Counted from the stretch's first letter, positions 17,370 through 27,864 are shown. The stretch: 42,002 bases of DNA from a virus (IMGVR_UViG_2563366918_000005); one strand, 5' to 3'. Notes: a model not told the origin generated them from the letters alone. Made by a program: numbers and translations.

Positions 17370-19840
17370 CAGAATCCCCCAACAGTAAGACGAGGAATAA
17401 CGGCAAGAACAGACAGCGGCAACGGATCGAGCTGACGGATTTTTACACGTCCGTTTTTGCCCCAGTTACTGTCCAGTTTCACTTCTACTTTTCCGGTAGC
17501 GTCATCAACAGGATCATCGTAGAACTCGAATTCACGCTGTGGATATTCGTACCATTTACCGCCGGGCGTAGTCGCCCAGATGCCGCGACTGGCATTCACA
17601 ACAAGAGTAACGGACGGGATCACCTGTTTTTTGTCCAGCAGCGTTTCCTGTCCGTTAATGTTGATATCCAGTGTTTCGAATTCAGCAGTTATTGGCAGGC
17701 CGATGTGCACAACAGCCCCAGGTGATTCCAGCGTGACGGCACCTCCGGAAACCACTTTCTGTGGTTCCACGTTCGCATCAGAGAGAATGTTTACGGTCTG
17801 GCCTTCAAGATGAGACAGGCCTCCAAATGTCCGGCGCGCCATCTGCCAGTTCGTGGTAGCCACATTCCTGAGGGATGGCGGGACGTTCCTGTTAGCACGA
17901 ACCACTACAGCGGTATTGCTGGTTACAGAAATGATGTCGCAACGTAATTCTTTTGACACTTCATCGCCAGTATCAGGATCAGTTCCGGTATAAGGGAACT
18001 GTAGTTGAGCACCGGCATCACTACTGGTGAAGTACGCACCACCAGAAACACTGATTGTATATTCCGCGCGGTAATCCCATTCGCCAGAACCACCAGTGAT
18101 GATCATCGTTCTGTCAGACGTATTTCTTCCATCATAGCTAAGGCCAGAATCAACAAAGAAAGCATCTTCATCGCTGGTAAATAAACGGCTGGACAGTCGC
18201 TCGATGTATCTCACTGTTTGCCCGTTAACGGTTCGGTTAACGACGAAATACACCGCATCTTCATTGCCTTCGCTGATACTGCATGTGCTTTCATATTTTC
18301 CGGTACTGGATTGTGGTGCCCATGCAAAAACCTGCTGATCACGCAAATAGGTCATCACCAGTAATTTACCGTCATCACGAATGCAGAATGCGCTGGAGTA
18401 AGGAACAATCGAGAAGCACCAGTCAACAATGCTGTGCTTCTGAAAAAGATGATTGGCAAGGATGGTCAGGTCGTTCCCCTGATAGCCGTCAACATCGAAT
18501 GAGTAGGCCAGATCACGGACAACACTGCCTTTCTCTTGGACGAACAGAGCAATATTCGCTACGGCAATTGGTGGGACATTACTCGAGCCATTTGATCCCT
18601 GAGAGCTGAATGCAAATGATGATGGGGTTAACACTTTGTTCTGGTCGCCGGTGATGACGTACTCACCTCCGGAAGTCAGCGCCACCAGAGAACCAACATC
18701 AATCAGGTGACGGATCTCATTAACCTGACGCCCGGCATAGGTGTAGATAATTCTGTCGTCATCCTGCGTAGGATTGCTTTTGCCAAAATCCTTATAATCC
18801 CCGGTACGGCTGGCCCAGATAGTCTGAGGGAACGCAGTCGATGCGGCGAAGTAAAGACGTTGTTGATAATAAACAACAGTGCCAGGATAACCATTAACAC
18901 TGTTCCAGGCATATTTAGCCCATTTATAGCTGGCATTATCCTCGCCCACGACCTGCGAAGGGATATAGGAAATCACCTCGGCAGTTGCAGTAGTTCCATT
19001 TGCAGCAGTGATACGGGCAATGCCAAAACCACTGTGCAGATATTCCCACTCAATGCCAGTATCATCATCACCGGATCCGCCCCAGCCATCCCATGATGTG
19101 CCTTCTGTATGCGAAGGGCGCAAAGTACCTGTTTTGCCTGCTGTAACGGCGCGATAGTAGTTACTGTCTGCACGGCGAATATCGCCAATCGACGTACTCT
19201 TACTGGTTTCCCATACCGGCACAGAATCCACTGCAGGCTGTTCCAGATAGAACAATTTGCCTGCCTGCTCCGCGCCAAAAATAGAGGCGCTTGCCGTTAA
19301 CGTAATTGTCCCGGTGCTGGCGCTGGCATAAACCGTCACTGACTCATCAATATTGATATCTTCAAATGGCCCGTTCTTCGTTACCACATCAACCAGTTGC
19401 CAGTTGTCATGCGCATAGCGGCGCAGCTCTTTCGGCGGGTATGCCGGGTGAACCAGCGTAAGCACGTCGGCGCTTTGCGTGAATTTAATTCGGAACAGAT
19501 CGGCTTCAGTATATGGCGTGGCAATTTCATAAATAACATTGCTGCTGTTCAGCACCAACGCACCATCTTTGATAACGCGCATGTACTGGTGTCCGAACTC
19601 CAGAGCATAGGTCTGAACCGTCGAGAACTGGAACGGGATCAGGCGGCATTTCCGATTTGGGTATTTGGCGGCACCGACAAAACGCGTACCAGGTCGATTC
19701 TCAACGCCGCCATACTGCCGCACGATAAAGTTATCGCACTTGCGCAATGCCACCTGGTACTTCGCCATGTCGATACGACCGTACAACGACGGTCCAATCT
19801 CACCACCGGCAAAGCTGGGCTGGATCCAACTGATAGCCAT
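17369..19840 (-). CDS. Tail tubular protein B-like / tail hub protein (823 aa)
   Basis: Size and position immediately after a gp11-like tail tubular A homolog, as in T7-like podoviruses. Confidence 0.5.
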   Translation of the reverse strand: MAISWIQPSFAGGEIGPSLYGRIDMAKYQVALRKCDNFIVRQYGGVENRPGTRFVGAAKYPNRKCRLIPFQFSTVQTYALEFGHQYMRVIKDGALVLNSSNVIYEIATPYTEADLFRIKFTQSADVLTLVHPAYPPKELRRYAHDNWQLVDVVTKNGPFEDINIDESVTVYASASTGTITLTASASIFGAEQAGKLFYLEQPAVDSVPVWETSKSTSIGDIRRADSNYYRAVTAGKTGTLRPSHTEGTSWDGWGGSGDDDTGIEWEYLHSGFGIARITAANGTTATAEVISYIPSQVVGEDNASYKWAKYAWNSVNGYPGTVVYYQQRLYFAASTAFPQTIWASRTGDYKDFGKSNPTQDDDRIIYTYAGRQVNEIRHLIDVGSLVALTSGGEYVITGDQNKVLTPSSFAFSSQGSNGSSNVPPIAVANIALFVQEKGSVVRDLAYSFDVDGYQGNDLTILANHLFQKHSIVDWCFSIVPYSSAFCIRDDGKLLVMTYLRDQQVFAWAPQSSTGKYESTCSISEGNEDAVYFVVNRTVNGQTVRYIERLSSRLFTSDEDAFFVDSGLSYDGRNTSDRTMIITGGSGEWDYRAEYTISVSGGAYFTSSDAGAQLQFPYTGTDPDTGDEVSKELRCDIISVTSNTAVVVRANRNVPPSLRNVATTNWQMARRTFGGLSHLEGQTVNILSDANVEPQKVVSGGAVTLESPGAVVHIGLPITAEFETLDININGQETLLDKKQVIPSVTLVVNASRGIWATTPGGKWYEYPQREFEFYDDPVDDATGKVEVKLDSNWGKNGRVKIRQLDPLPLSVLAVIPRLTVGGF

Positions 19841-20448
19841 CAGGACAACCTCGCAATGGTAAACTCGTCAACCGGTGGCTGTGGTTCCTGTGATTCATTC
19901 TGGCTATGCGAGCCAGCACTAAGAATCACGCGATTGTACATATTGAGGGCAAACGTACCGAGGTCTGCATTCCCAGTCAGCGCCATGTTAATAGCTGCCG
20001 CAAGACGCCAGGCCAACGCCTCCATAAAAATGGCATCAAACATGTTCACATCTGAAACGCGAGAGACATACTTGAGCCATGCCTGAGGCTGGTCTGTGTA
20101 GATCAACTTTCCTGTTCCGTTGGTGTCTGCACCAACTTCGTACTGAACGCGCATTGATGCTGTTGGATTGCGTACACCAGGAAGCATAATTTCAGTAATG
20201 CGCAGACAATCTGACGGGTACTGGTACGCATATTCCCAGTCAGGCGGTGGATTGCTCGTATCTGCAAGCGCCACGCGTTTGGTAGCAAAGTTCCAGTCAA
20301 AATCAGAAAGCACAGCATCACGGCAGGCCTCAAAGTGCAGCGAACATTCCCCCGCTTCCTTGCTGGCTTCCGTCAGGCTGTTAATGCTGCGGCTGTTGCC
20401 AATATTGGACAGCGCACGATTGCAGATCTCTACTACAGAGGCCATCAC
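19840..20448 (-). CDS. Tail tubular protein A-like (T7 gp11-like), 202 aa
   Basis: Size and context match. Start overlaps the upstream stop. Confidence 0.5.
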   Translation of the reverse strand: MMASVVEICNRALSNIGNSRSINSLTEASKEAGECSLHFEACRDAVLSDFDWNFATKRVALADTSNPPPDWEYAYQYPSDCLRITEIMLPGVRNPTASMRVQYEVGADTNGTGKLIYTDQPQAWLKYVSRVSDVNMFDAIFMEALAWRLAAAINMALTGNADLGTFALNMYNRVILSAGSHSQNESQEPQPPVDEFTIARLS

Positions 20449-20774
20449 TCACCTCCGTTACCGTACAGAGTTTCAGCCGCTGATTTTTCTACATCCCCGG
20501 AAACAGGAGCGATCGCCATATCAGTGATCTGCAGATCGGCGCTGCGATTAACGCCATCGTCAGTTTCTCTGGCAGACAGGCCTCGAATAACAGCCTTTGC
20601 AGTTATCATCACTTCTGTTCCGACGCCCTGAGGTTGCGCCTTCAGCTTATTCAATGTGTCGTTATTCAGCGTGATGCACAGCCCCCACGGGTATTCATCG
20701 CGAGTTCTGGTTTCTCCGCTCTCATCCTGGTAGCTGTCAGTGCCGGTTTTGAGGTTTACGAGTTCCATATACAC
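20445..20774 (-). CDS. Structural-operon protein (109 aa), possible head-tail adaptor
   Basis: Context only. Confidence 0.35.
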   Translation of the reverse strand: MYMELVNLKTGTDSYQDESGETRTRDEYPWGLCITLNNDTLNKLKAQPQGVGTEVMITAKAVIRGLSARETDDGVNRSADLQITDMAIAPVSGDVEKSAAETLYGNGGE

Positions 20775-20818
20775 TCCTGCAATAAAGGGGCCGAAGCCCC
20801 TTGTCTCATCCGCGAGGC

Positions 20819-21163
20819 TTACACGCCCAGTTCTTTACGCTTATCTGCGATCTTCTCGCGGAGCGTTTCTGCTTTGGCGTTATGGTGTGGCTTCTCGTTA
20901 AAGAGCAATTCGTACTCTTCACGGAGCTTATCCAGTTCACCATCATCTGACACATCGTTGATGATTTTGGTGCTGGTTGCTGCCATAGACACCTTTCCTG
21001 CTACCTTTGCTTTTGCCTGTCTGGCTGCATCGTTAACAGGTTCCAGTGCGCTACCAGGCTCACCTTCGTATTCGATTTCTGCCCCCTCCTGCCACAGTGT
21101 GTTATGGATATGAGAGAGGCGCAGAACGCGGTATCTTGGTTTCTCACCTGACATCGATATCAC
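20819..21163 (-). CDS. Structural-operon protein (114 aa)
   Basis: Context only. Confidence 0.35.
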   Translation of the reverse strand: MISMSGEKPRYRVLRLSHIHNTLWQEGAEIEYEGEPGSALEPVNDAARQAKAKVAGKVSMAATSTKIINDVSDDGELDKLREEYELLFNEKPHHNAKAETLREKIADKRKELGV

Positions 21164-21164
21164 C

Positions 21165-21602
21165 TTAACCAGTTACTTTTGAGCGGATCGGGTACGGTGT
21201 ATTGGCATCAACATCCAGACTGATACCCGCAGTGAATTTGCCGGCCGTTAGTGGGCCAGTTGCGACGGAGTAGTTAACACGCAGATATCGCTGAACACCG
21301 GCAGGCACCTTTGCAGAAACAACTCGTTTACCTGCTTTCAGGGTAGCCTTTGCCAGTTCGCCACTATCATAAATAGTGGACCATGAGCTGTTATTCTCAC
21401 TCGTCTGCAACTGGATGTTTACAGTTGCCTCACCACTTGCCGTGGCGGCTTCGTTAACCAGCGCCCAAAACTCAAGCGGGTAACCCACGCCGATATCGCG
21501 ACGATTTCCATCAATTGGACCGAGATCGATTACGTCAGTAGAAGCCGCGGTATTCGTAACCGCCTGAGCTTCGGAGAACATCAACAGTTTGTCGGTGATC
21601 AT
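21165..21602 (-). CDS. Probable capsid decoration/accessory protein (145 aa)
   Basis: Immediately downstream of the major capsid gene. Beta-rich composition. Confidence 0.35.
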   Translation of the reverse strand: MITDKLLMFSEAQAVTNTAASTDVIDLGPIDGNRRDIGVGYPLEFWALVNEAATASGEATVNIQLQTSENNSSWSTIYDSGELAKATLKAGKRVVSAKVPAGVQRYLRVNYSVATGPLTAGKFTAGISLDVDANTPYPIRSKVTG

Positions 21603-21653
21603 CTTCTTTCTCCATTAGTGGGTCTGTTACGACCAACAGGTTAATAACAGGCG

Positions 21654-22646
21654 TTACACCACGCGGGCTTCTGTTTCCAGAAGCGCATCAGTTTCACGGA
21701 TTGGTACACCACGGAATGAAGTCCACCACTCGCCTTCAGTCTCTTTTACGCTGATAGCCAGAGATGTTTTCTCCAGAGACTGCAGATCAAGAGCCTGGCC
21801 TACAGTGCGGTTCATGTAGAACACCGGGCGGCCCATGCCACGGTTTGGAATGCGATGCAGTGCTTTAACCATCAACTTCGCAATATTTGCGGCAGAGGAA
21901 GGTTCTGAAAGATTGCTGACATCGATGTTTGCAATGCGAACAACATAACGCCAGTCACGCAGAGCAAGTCCGTTGTCCCATTTGTAATGGGTACGGTAGC
22001 CTTCGTACTTGCCGCCATTAACATCTTTCAGTGTCACCTGGCCTTTATCTTCCATCTGGATGCCAGCCTTCTGCCCTTTCGGGAAGATGCCATGCACGGT
22101 GTTTTCGCCCCACACCACTAACCAGATTGAGGTGTTATCTGTACCCGTGCCACCAGCATCAATGATGTTCTGAGCATTACCCGCAGACAGGCTGGAATAG
22201 CGGGAGGACAGTCCCATAAACTGCTGAGGGTTAACGCTGGAATCACCATAAAACAACGTCTGCGCCATCTGCTGATTCATCGCTTCAATAAATGCGCGGT
22301 CTTCAGACAGGCGGAATTCGGCGGTATTACCGTTCAGATCAGCCAGTGACTTATCGACTTCAGCATAGGTTTCCAGCATTCCAACGGAATCGGTGACCTG
22401 CACTGTGGTTGATTTGCTTGGCTGTACGCCATAGTTCAGCAAACGCCAGGTGGCCGAAGGTAAACCAGAACGAATGGTGGTTCGGTGTCCGGTAGGAAGG
22501 TTCCCTTCGACAAAAGGCATATCCTGAAGGATCGGGTTAGTTTGACCGAGAAGCTCGATAATCTTATCGACTTTCCCGTTTGGATCGACGCGCTTACCCC
22601 AGTCAGCCAGCGTTAGCGCAGTTAAGCCTTTAACAGACATTGTCAT
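21654..22646 (-). CDS. Major capsid protein (HK97-fold), 330 aa
   Basis: Size and position between scaffold and decoration genes. The epsilon15 major capsid protein is ~335 aa. Confidence 0.6.
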   Translation of the reverse strand: MTMSVKGLTALTLADWGKRVDPNGKVDKIIELLGQTNPILQDMPFVEGNLPTGHRTTIRSGLPSATWRLLNYGVQPSKSTTVQVTDSVGMLETYAEVDKSLADLNGNTAEFRLSEDRAFIEAMNQQMAQTLFYGDSSVNPQQFMGLSSRYSSLSAGNAQNIIDAGGTGTDNTSIWLVVWGENTVHGIFPKGQKAGIQMEDKGQVTLKDVNGGKYEGYRTHYKWDNGLALRDWRYVVRIANIDVSNLSEPSSAANIAKLMVKALHRIPNRGMGRPVFYMNRTVGQALDLQSLEKTSLAISVKETEGEWWTSFRGVPIRETDALLETEARVV

Positions 22647-22654
22647 TTCCTCTC

Positions 22655-23356
22655 TTATTTGCCATAGAGCACTTCGGCCGCACTACGCTGGCCTTCATTA
22701 CCACCGGTGACCATGCCATCTTCAGACATCGCCTTTCCGATTTTCACGAACGTTTTGACCAGATCAGGGTGATTACCCAGCCCGGTGGTGTTCAGATATT
22801 CTTTGAGCTCAGGTGTCCCGAACTGGTCAAGCGCACGCTGTGCGGCGCTAAGGTTAGAAATCAACTTGTCGCCACCGATTTCTTTGTCAGCTTTTACATC
22901 CGCAGCCCACTGCTCGGTTGTTTTCTGCCAGGCTTCTGCCTGGCGCTGCTGAACACCTGCCAGAATCTTCGGATAAGCATCAACCAGCTTTTGCGCTTGC
23001 TCGTTGGTCAGGTTAAGTTCTCGCGCCACAGGCTCGAATTCCTTCAACGCTTCTGTATCCAGCTCTACGCCTTCGGCAGCCTGAAACTCGTACTTCTCAG
23101 GCGCACCCTCTGGTTTATTGCCGTCCTTTTTTTCATCCTGCTTATCGTTTTCAGGCTTTTTGTCATCAGCAGGTTTATCGCCATCAGCAACAGGTTGTGG
23201 CTTATCACCTTCCTGTTGTGATGGATCACCAACTGGAGCAGGGTTATCACCTGCAGGCGCTGACGGTTCTGACGCAGCCGGAGCTGCTCCACCATCGACT
23301 GGTTGCTCATTGCAAAGACGGCGATACAGCAAACGCTCAAATAAATTCATGATCAC
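22655..23356 (-). CDS. Scaffolding protein (acidic, Pro/Asp/Lys-rich N-terminus, helical C-terminus)
   Basis: Low-complexity acidic composition immediately upstream of the capsid gene. Confidence 0.55.
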   Translation of the reverse strand: MIMNLFERLLYRRLCNEQPVDGGAAPAASEPSAPAGDNPAPVGDPSQQEGDKPQPVADGDKPADDKKPENDKQDEKKDGNKPEGAPEKYEFQAAEGVELDTEALKEFEPVARELNLTNEQAQKLVDAYPKILAGVQQRQAEAWQKTTEQWAADVKADKEIGGDKLISNLSAAQRALDQFGTPELKEYLNTTGLGNHPDLVKTFVKIGKAMSEDGMVTGGNEGQRSAAEVLYGK

Positions 23357-23649
23357 TCCTGTTCACTGGCCTCTTTGGCCATCTTCAAATACTGTTCAGG
23401 GCAATGCGCCATAACGCGCTGAAACAGTTCCAGCGCCAGATTGCGTTGCCCCTCATTAAACGCCATTGCCATAGCGTCCATCGGTGAGATAGCGGAAAAC
23501 ACACGGCCTTTCTCCAGCACCGACCAGACAACGCGACGCCCCTGTTCACTGCTCATGACAAAGCGAATGTCATCAATTTCACGCTGCGCCATGTCACGTT
23601 GCTTACGGGCGTTTTCTTCTTTCAGTTGATCGTCTTCGTAATCTGTCAT
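23353..23649 (-). CDS. Small protein between portal and scaffold (98 aa)
   Basis: Translationally coupled within the structural operon. Confidence 0.35.
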   Translation of the reverse strand: MTDYEDDQLKEENARKQRDMAQREIDDIRFVMSSEQGRRVVWSVLEKGRVFSAISPMDAMAMAFNEGQRNLALELFQRVMAHCPEQYLKMAKEASEQE

Positions 23650-25325
23650 TGTGATTGCCCACCCTGACCACTAACTGCATTCGCCATAGCTGACAACACA
23701 CTCGGATCCGAAGTTTTAGCTTCGCTTAGCGTCTTGGCACCCTGTGCCGCAGCCATCCCCATCGCCATCATTTGTTGCTGCTGTTGCTGCTGTGCCCGTT
23801 GCTGGCGAGCCTGCTCAACCTGTTCCTGCGGAACAATGACGGTTGGAGACACTCCAGACATATCAGCGAATGCATCGATTGCCTGATCAACGTTGAGTTT
23901 GTCGAGAGCTTCTGGTTTCGCTTGCGCAAGTTGACCAATGAAGTTGACCGTAGACGCCAGACTGGACAGGCCGATAGACTTCTGCGCCTGAGCCATGACG
24001 GAAATGTATTCGACCTTCAGGGGCATACCTTCCATCGCGTCAGGCGGGGGCGGCAGCATGTTTTTACGCACCATCATCGAGAAAGAGCGGTCAATGAGAG
24101 GATTAAGACATTCGTCGTTCAGACGCTCCAGAACCGGCCCCAACATCAGAAGTTTTTCTTCTTTCATTTCGATCACCGCTTCAACAGGCATCGAGCGGGT
24201 ATTGATGTTCTGCAACATCATGAACAGATCGACAAAGTAGGCGCTGTTAATGATTTGACGAGTGTCCTGAATGTCTGCCACCAAATCTGCTGTACTGGGG
24301 TTAACCAGATAAGCAGGCCTGAAGCCATCCTGACCAGTAATCTGATCGATATACGTGATGTCGCCAGGAAGAAGGGAGGCGCGCTGATTCTTGAGGGAAG
24401 TCGGAGCAACCATCGGCGGATTGGTGGCTTTATCAATCAACTGCGACTTGCGCTTCTGGAGAAGCTGCAATGCCTTAACAGATCCAAGCGCCAGCATACC
24501 CGGGCATGATGATCCATAAACATCTTCGCCGTTAACTTCCCAGCGCGGAGCCATAATTGGAAACTCATCGAATCCGGACTCACGCAACAACTTGTCGTTA
24601 TCGCCACCAACCTCGTAATAAACCGATTTGAATGGCTTGTTCTTGCTATCCAGCTTCGATGTATCGCGGTCAATGTTCGGGTAAACCGAATGCATCACTT
24701 CAATCCACTTCTCGTAGGTGCCGCTTTCCCACATGCTTTTTACGGATTCGCTGACGTTATTTAGCCCGAACTCCTGAACAAGCTGACGAACAGTCATAGA
24801 GAACTTGCGAAAACAGGTGTCCACACTGCCACGAGGTGAGTTAGCCAGGTAGTAACTGCCTATCGGGAATGGCATTGTGCGAATGATGTCCTCGTCATCC
24901 TCCAGCACTGCCATTGCACCAGTGCTGTATGTGCCGAGGCTTCCGTATAACTGCGGCAGCGACTGATAGAGATTCGACTTATTGAACATATCGTTCATGC
25001 GGTTCTGCACCGCCTCAAGCCACAACTTAACAGGGCCATAATCCATCATTTCAGGATCTGGCGTAGCCAGGCGAAACCACGGACGCGCGGGGCTTGTGAT
25101 GCCTGACATCATGCCGCTGGCGAGAGTGCGCGCCGCCATAGTCCCGGTCGAATCAATAATGCGTGTATTGCGTCGATCGTTACGGTTGACCTCAGAAGTC
25201 AGAAAGCGGGAACCACGTGGGTTGATGTAATCACTCAACTCGCGCCAGTGCGGCTCGAACGACTGACGCTCGCTTTCAAGTTGTGCGAACTGTTTGTTCA
25301 ATCGCTCTTTAGTTGTTTCCGCCAT
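23646..25325 (-). CDS. Portal protein (podovirus head-to-tail connector), 559 aa
   Basis: Size, Gln-rich C-terminal tail, position after terminase. Confidence 0.65.
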   Translation of the reverse strand: MAETTKERLNKQFAQLESERQSFEPHWRELSDYINPRGSRFLTSEVNRNDRRNTRIIDSTGTMAARTLASGMMSGITSPARPWFRLATPDPEMMDYGPVKLWLEAVQNRMNDMFNKSNLYQSLPQLYGSLGTYSTGAMAVLEDDEDIIRTMPFPIGSYYLANSPRGSVDTCFRKFSMTVRQLVQEFGLNNVSESVKSMWESGTYEKWIEVMHSVYPNIDRDTSKLDSKNKPFKSVYYEVGGDNDKLLRESGFDEFPIMAPRWEVNGEDVYGSSCPGMLALGSVKALQLLQKRKSQLIDKATNPPMVAPTSLKNQRASLLPGDITYIDQITGQDGFRPAYLVNPSTADLVADIQDTRQIINSAYFVDLFMMLQNINTRSMPVEAVIEMKEEKLLMLGPVLERLNDECLNPLIDRSFSMMVRKNMLPPPPDAMEGMPLKVEYISVMAQAQKSIGLSSLASTVNFIGQLAQAKPEALDKLNVDQAIDAFADMSGVSPTVIVPQEQVEQARQQRAQQQQQQQMMAMGMAAAQGAKTLSEAKTSDPSVLSAMANAVSGQGGQSQ

Positions 25326-25339
25326 TTCAATGACTCCGG

Positions 25340-25546
25340 TTACTGACCAAGCAGCGTTTTACCGCTGGTATTAGCGGTTGATGTGTCGCCCTGAGAACCG
25401 GTAAGCAGCGTAGAACTACGACCAGCAGCAGCGCGACGGCGACGAGTTTCTTCGTCGCGGGCATCAACAACGGCGGCATCCTGCTCCTGTGGTGCTGCCT
25501 GAACTTCTGGTGTTGCAGGCACTGATGGTGAGCTACCCATGCACAT
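25340..25546 (-). CDS. Small acidic/Arg-rich protein upstream of portal (68 aa)
   Basis: Frame choice between 25340..25546 and 25327..25566 is uncertain. Confidence 0.25.
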   Translation of the reverse strand: MCMGSSPSVPATPEVQAAPQEQDAAVVDARDEETRRRRAAAGRSSTLLTGSQGDTSTANTSGKTLLGQ

Positions 25547-25611
25547 ATCAATGACTCCGTACGCAATTAAATTATTACCAATTTAACCACATATGATTTA
25601 TTTATCGTAGA

Positions 25612-25640
25612 TAGTTGACATTTAACGCACAAATTATTAC
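25612..25640 (+). promoter_or_regulatory. Sigma70-like promoter (TTGACA-17-TATTAC) overlapped by palindrome copy 4
   Basis: -35 at 25612-25617, -10 at 25635-25640. Faces the tRNA. Confidence 0.3.
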
Positions 25641-25651
25641 CTTTCAGGTAA
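25637..25651. promoter_or_regulatory. Dispersed palindrome copy 4: TTACCTTTCAGGTAA
   Basis: Perfect arms. Confidence 0.6.
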
Positions 25652-25973
25652 GCAAAGAGTTCATTCCGGTTATTAACCTGACTGGCTTGTCGTTAAATTG
25701 AACAGGTGGAGTGAGCTTTTATTTTGAGCAGTACGGCGTATGGCACATGCGCCGATAGCGGTCTGGATACGTTTAAGGGGCACCCTCCCTTGCTCGGGCA
25801 AACGAACCAGGTAGCCGGAATGTGCAAGTCGAGCGGTTTTATTCCGCGCACGGGGATTCACCATCCCGGCGATTCGGTGTGACGCCTCGGAAGAGACGAG
25901 GGTACAACGATGAGAGCATTTATGGAGCCGCGACAAAGTGTGGCGCCTTAACAGGCTAAGTGCTCTCAGCGTT

Positions 25974-26050
25974 GTGGCATTAGCTCAGTTGGACAGAGCA
26001 ACCGCCTTCTAAGCGGTTGGTCGCAGGTTCGAATCCTGCATGCCACGCCA
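25974..26050 (+). tRNA. tRNA-Arg (anticodon UCU), phage-borne
   Basis: Hand-folded cloverleaf: acceptor GTGGCAT/ATGCCAC, D stem GCTC/GAGC, anticodon stem ACCGC/GCGGT, loop CTTCTAA (UCU), T arm GCAGG-TTCGAAT-CCTGC, discriminator G, CCA encoded. Confidence 0.8.
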
Positions 26051-26093
26051 GAATCACGCCTAAGGACCGTGATGCCAGAAGTTCCAGGTGCTT

Positions 26094-26138
26094 GGCGGTG
26101 ATAGTTTCCCTTGAAGGACTATCACCGCCCTTTTTACA
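26094..26138 (+). terminator. Strong intrinsic terminator after the tRNA
   Basis: 12-bp stem ggcggtgatagt / actatcaccgcc followed by ctttttac. Confidence 0.7.
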
Positions 26139-26212
26139 GCAGGACGCCATTGCGATGACTTCATGCTGTAAACCCGTGCAGCCACGGAAGGCATAACTCA
26201 TTGCTTCCAGTT

Positions 26213-26236
26213 CGCCCGGTTCGCCGGGCATTTTTT
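26213..26236 (+). terminator. Second intrinsic terminator
   Basis: cccgg-ttcg-ccggg followed by cattttttt. Confidence 0.6.
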
Positions 26237-26253
26237 TGCTTGATGACCGCAAA

Positions 26254-26268
26254 TTACCTTAAAGGTAT
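26254..26268. promoter_or_regulatory. Dispersed palindrome copy 5: TTACCTTAAAGGTAT (1 mismatch), overlapping the SD of the IS1-split gene
   Basis: Directly observed. Confidence 0.45.
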
Positions 26269-26551
26269 AATCATGAAAAACTTCAAGGTAATTAGCATGT
26301 TTGAATCGTTCAAAGAGCTGTTTTTATCTACTGCCAATACTGCCGTGAATCGAGCCAAAAACCCTGTGCTTGGTGCTTTTGTTATGTCCTGGTGCGCCTT
26401 CAACTGGAAATCAATTCTTTATCTATTTTTTAGCAAATCAAACATAATAGATAAAATTTCATATATCTCAGATAACAGCACATGGAAAACTGTTATGTTT
26501 TATCCATGCTTATCTGTAATTGCTATCTGCTGCCTAGGTAATGACTCCAAC

Positions 26552-27055
26552 TTACTGATAGTGTTTTATGTTCAGATAATGCCCGATGACCTTGTCATGC
26601 AGCTCCACCGATTTTGAGAACGACAGTGACTTCCGTCCCAGCCTTGCCAGATGTTGTCTCAGATTCAGGTTATGCCGCTCAATTCGCTGAGTGTAACGCT
26701 TGCTGATTACGTGCAGCTTTCCCTTCAGGCGGGATTCATACAGCGGCCAGCCATCCGTCATCCATACCACGACCTCAAAGGCCGACAGCAGGCTTAGAAG
26801 ACGCTCCAGTGTGGCCAGAGTGCGTTCACCGAATACGTGCGCAACAACCGTCTTCCGGAGCCTGTCATACGCGTAAAACAGCCAGCGCTGGCGCGATTTA
26901 GCCCCGACGTATCCCCACTGTTCGTCCATTTCCGCGCAGACGATGACGTCACTGCCCGGCTGTATGCGCGAGGTTACCGACTGCGGCCTGAGTTTTTTAA
27001 ATGGCGGAAAATCGTGTTGAGGCCAACGCCCATAATGCGGGCGGTTGCCCGGCAT
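26552..27055 (-). CDS. insB: IS1 InsB (expressed as an InsAB' frameshift fusion)
   Basis: ...[25 protein letters not shown]... is typical IS1 InsB. Confidence 0.85.
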   Translation of the reverse strand: MPGNRPHYGRWPQHDFPPFKKLRPQSVTSRIQPGSDVIVCAEMDEQWGYVGAKSRQRWLFYAYDRLRKTVVAHVFGERTLATLERLLSLLSAFEVVVWMTDGWPLYESRLKGKLHVISKRYTQRIERHNLNLRQHLARLGRKSLSFSKSVELHDKVIGHYLNIKHYQ

Positions 27056-27249
27056 CCAACGCCATTCATGGCCATATCAATGATTTTCTGGTGCGTACCG
27101 GGTTGAGAAGCGGTGTAAGTGAACTGCAGTTGCCATGTTTTACGGCAGTGAGAGCAGAGATAGCGCTGATGTCCGGCGGTGCTTTTGCCGTTACGCACCA
27201 CCCCGTCAGTAGCTGAACAGGAGGGACAGCTGATAGAAACAGAAGCCAC
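26974..27249 (-). CDS. insA: IS1 InsA
   Basis: [40 protein letters not shown]... Confidence 0.9.
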   Translation of the reverse strand: MASVSISCPSCSATDGVVRNGKSTAGHQRYLCSHCRKTWQLQFTYTASQPGTHQKIIDMAMNGVGCRATARIMGVGLNTIFRHLKNSGRSR

Positions 27250-27864
27250 TGGAGCACCTCAAAAACACCATCATACACTAAATCAGTAAGTTGGCAGCAT
27301 CACCTGCTGCCTATTACCATGGGTAAACAATATCATTAACGTATGGCAAGCAAAGCCTCTTGATAATAATGACTCAATCGAAAATCACCTGAAGGCAAGA
27401 AAAATCCAGCGTGAAACAAGACTGCAGAGGTTATTGGCTAAAAAAGATGTTACATACGACAAAGTTAAGACTGGCGCGGAAAAAGACATCCAAGAGATGA
27501 AAGAAGAGATTATTCGATCAAAGAATAGTATGGGGGAATTGACTGCCGAGTTGAAAGCTAAAGATGACGAATTGAGATCCGCCAGTGCTCAGTTAGCAGC
27601 TCTAAATCATTCATTAAAAGAGATATCGGAAACTCTTGGAAGAATGAATGAGGCATATAAGACCCTCCAAAATGATTTCGACGAATACAAACTCAAATAC
27701 CCTGAAAAATCTCAAATAAAAAGCCTTGAACTTGGCAACGGCCAAACAATTAGCAACTTTTTGGAGCAACACAACTTATCCGGATTAAAATCTGGTAAGC
27801 CAAACGTTTTTAATAACTTTGGTGTTCTATCTGGATTATCAGGTTTCGAGGATAAAAATAAAGA

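Larger units (their letters stand above)
26537..27304 (-). mobile_element. IS1 (768 bp) flanked by a 9-bp target-site duplication TGCTGCCTA (26528-26536 and 27305-27313)
   Basis: Ends GGTAATGACTCCAACTTA... and ...TAAGTTGGCAGCATCACC. insA and insB ORFs inside. TSD directly observed. Confidence 0.9.

Noticed and set aside
25980-26252. 90-aa minus-strand ORF overlapping the tRNA-Arg and its terminators
   Set aside because: It lies entirely antisense over a well-folded tRNA and two terminator hairpins, with no SD, so it is spurious.
27314-27326. TTACC-ATG-GGTAA, palindrome-like with a 3-nt spacer
   Set aside because: Spacing is 3, not 5, and it lies inside the coding sequence of the IS1-split gene (CCATGG context). 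It is not counted as a copy of the dispersed motif.
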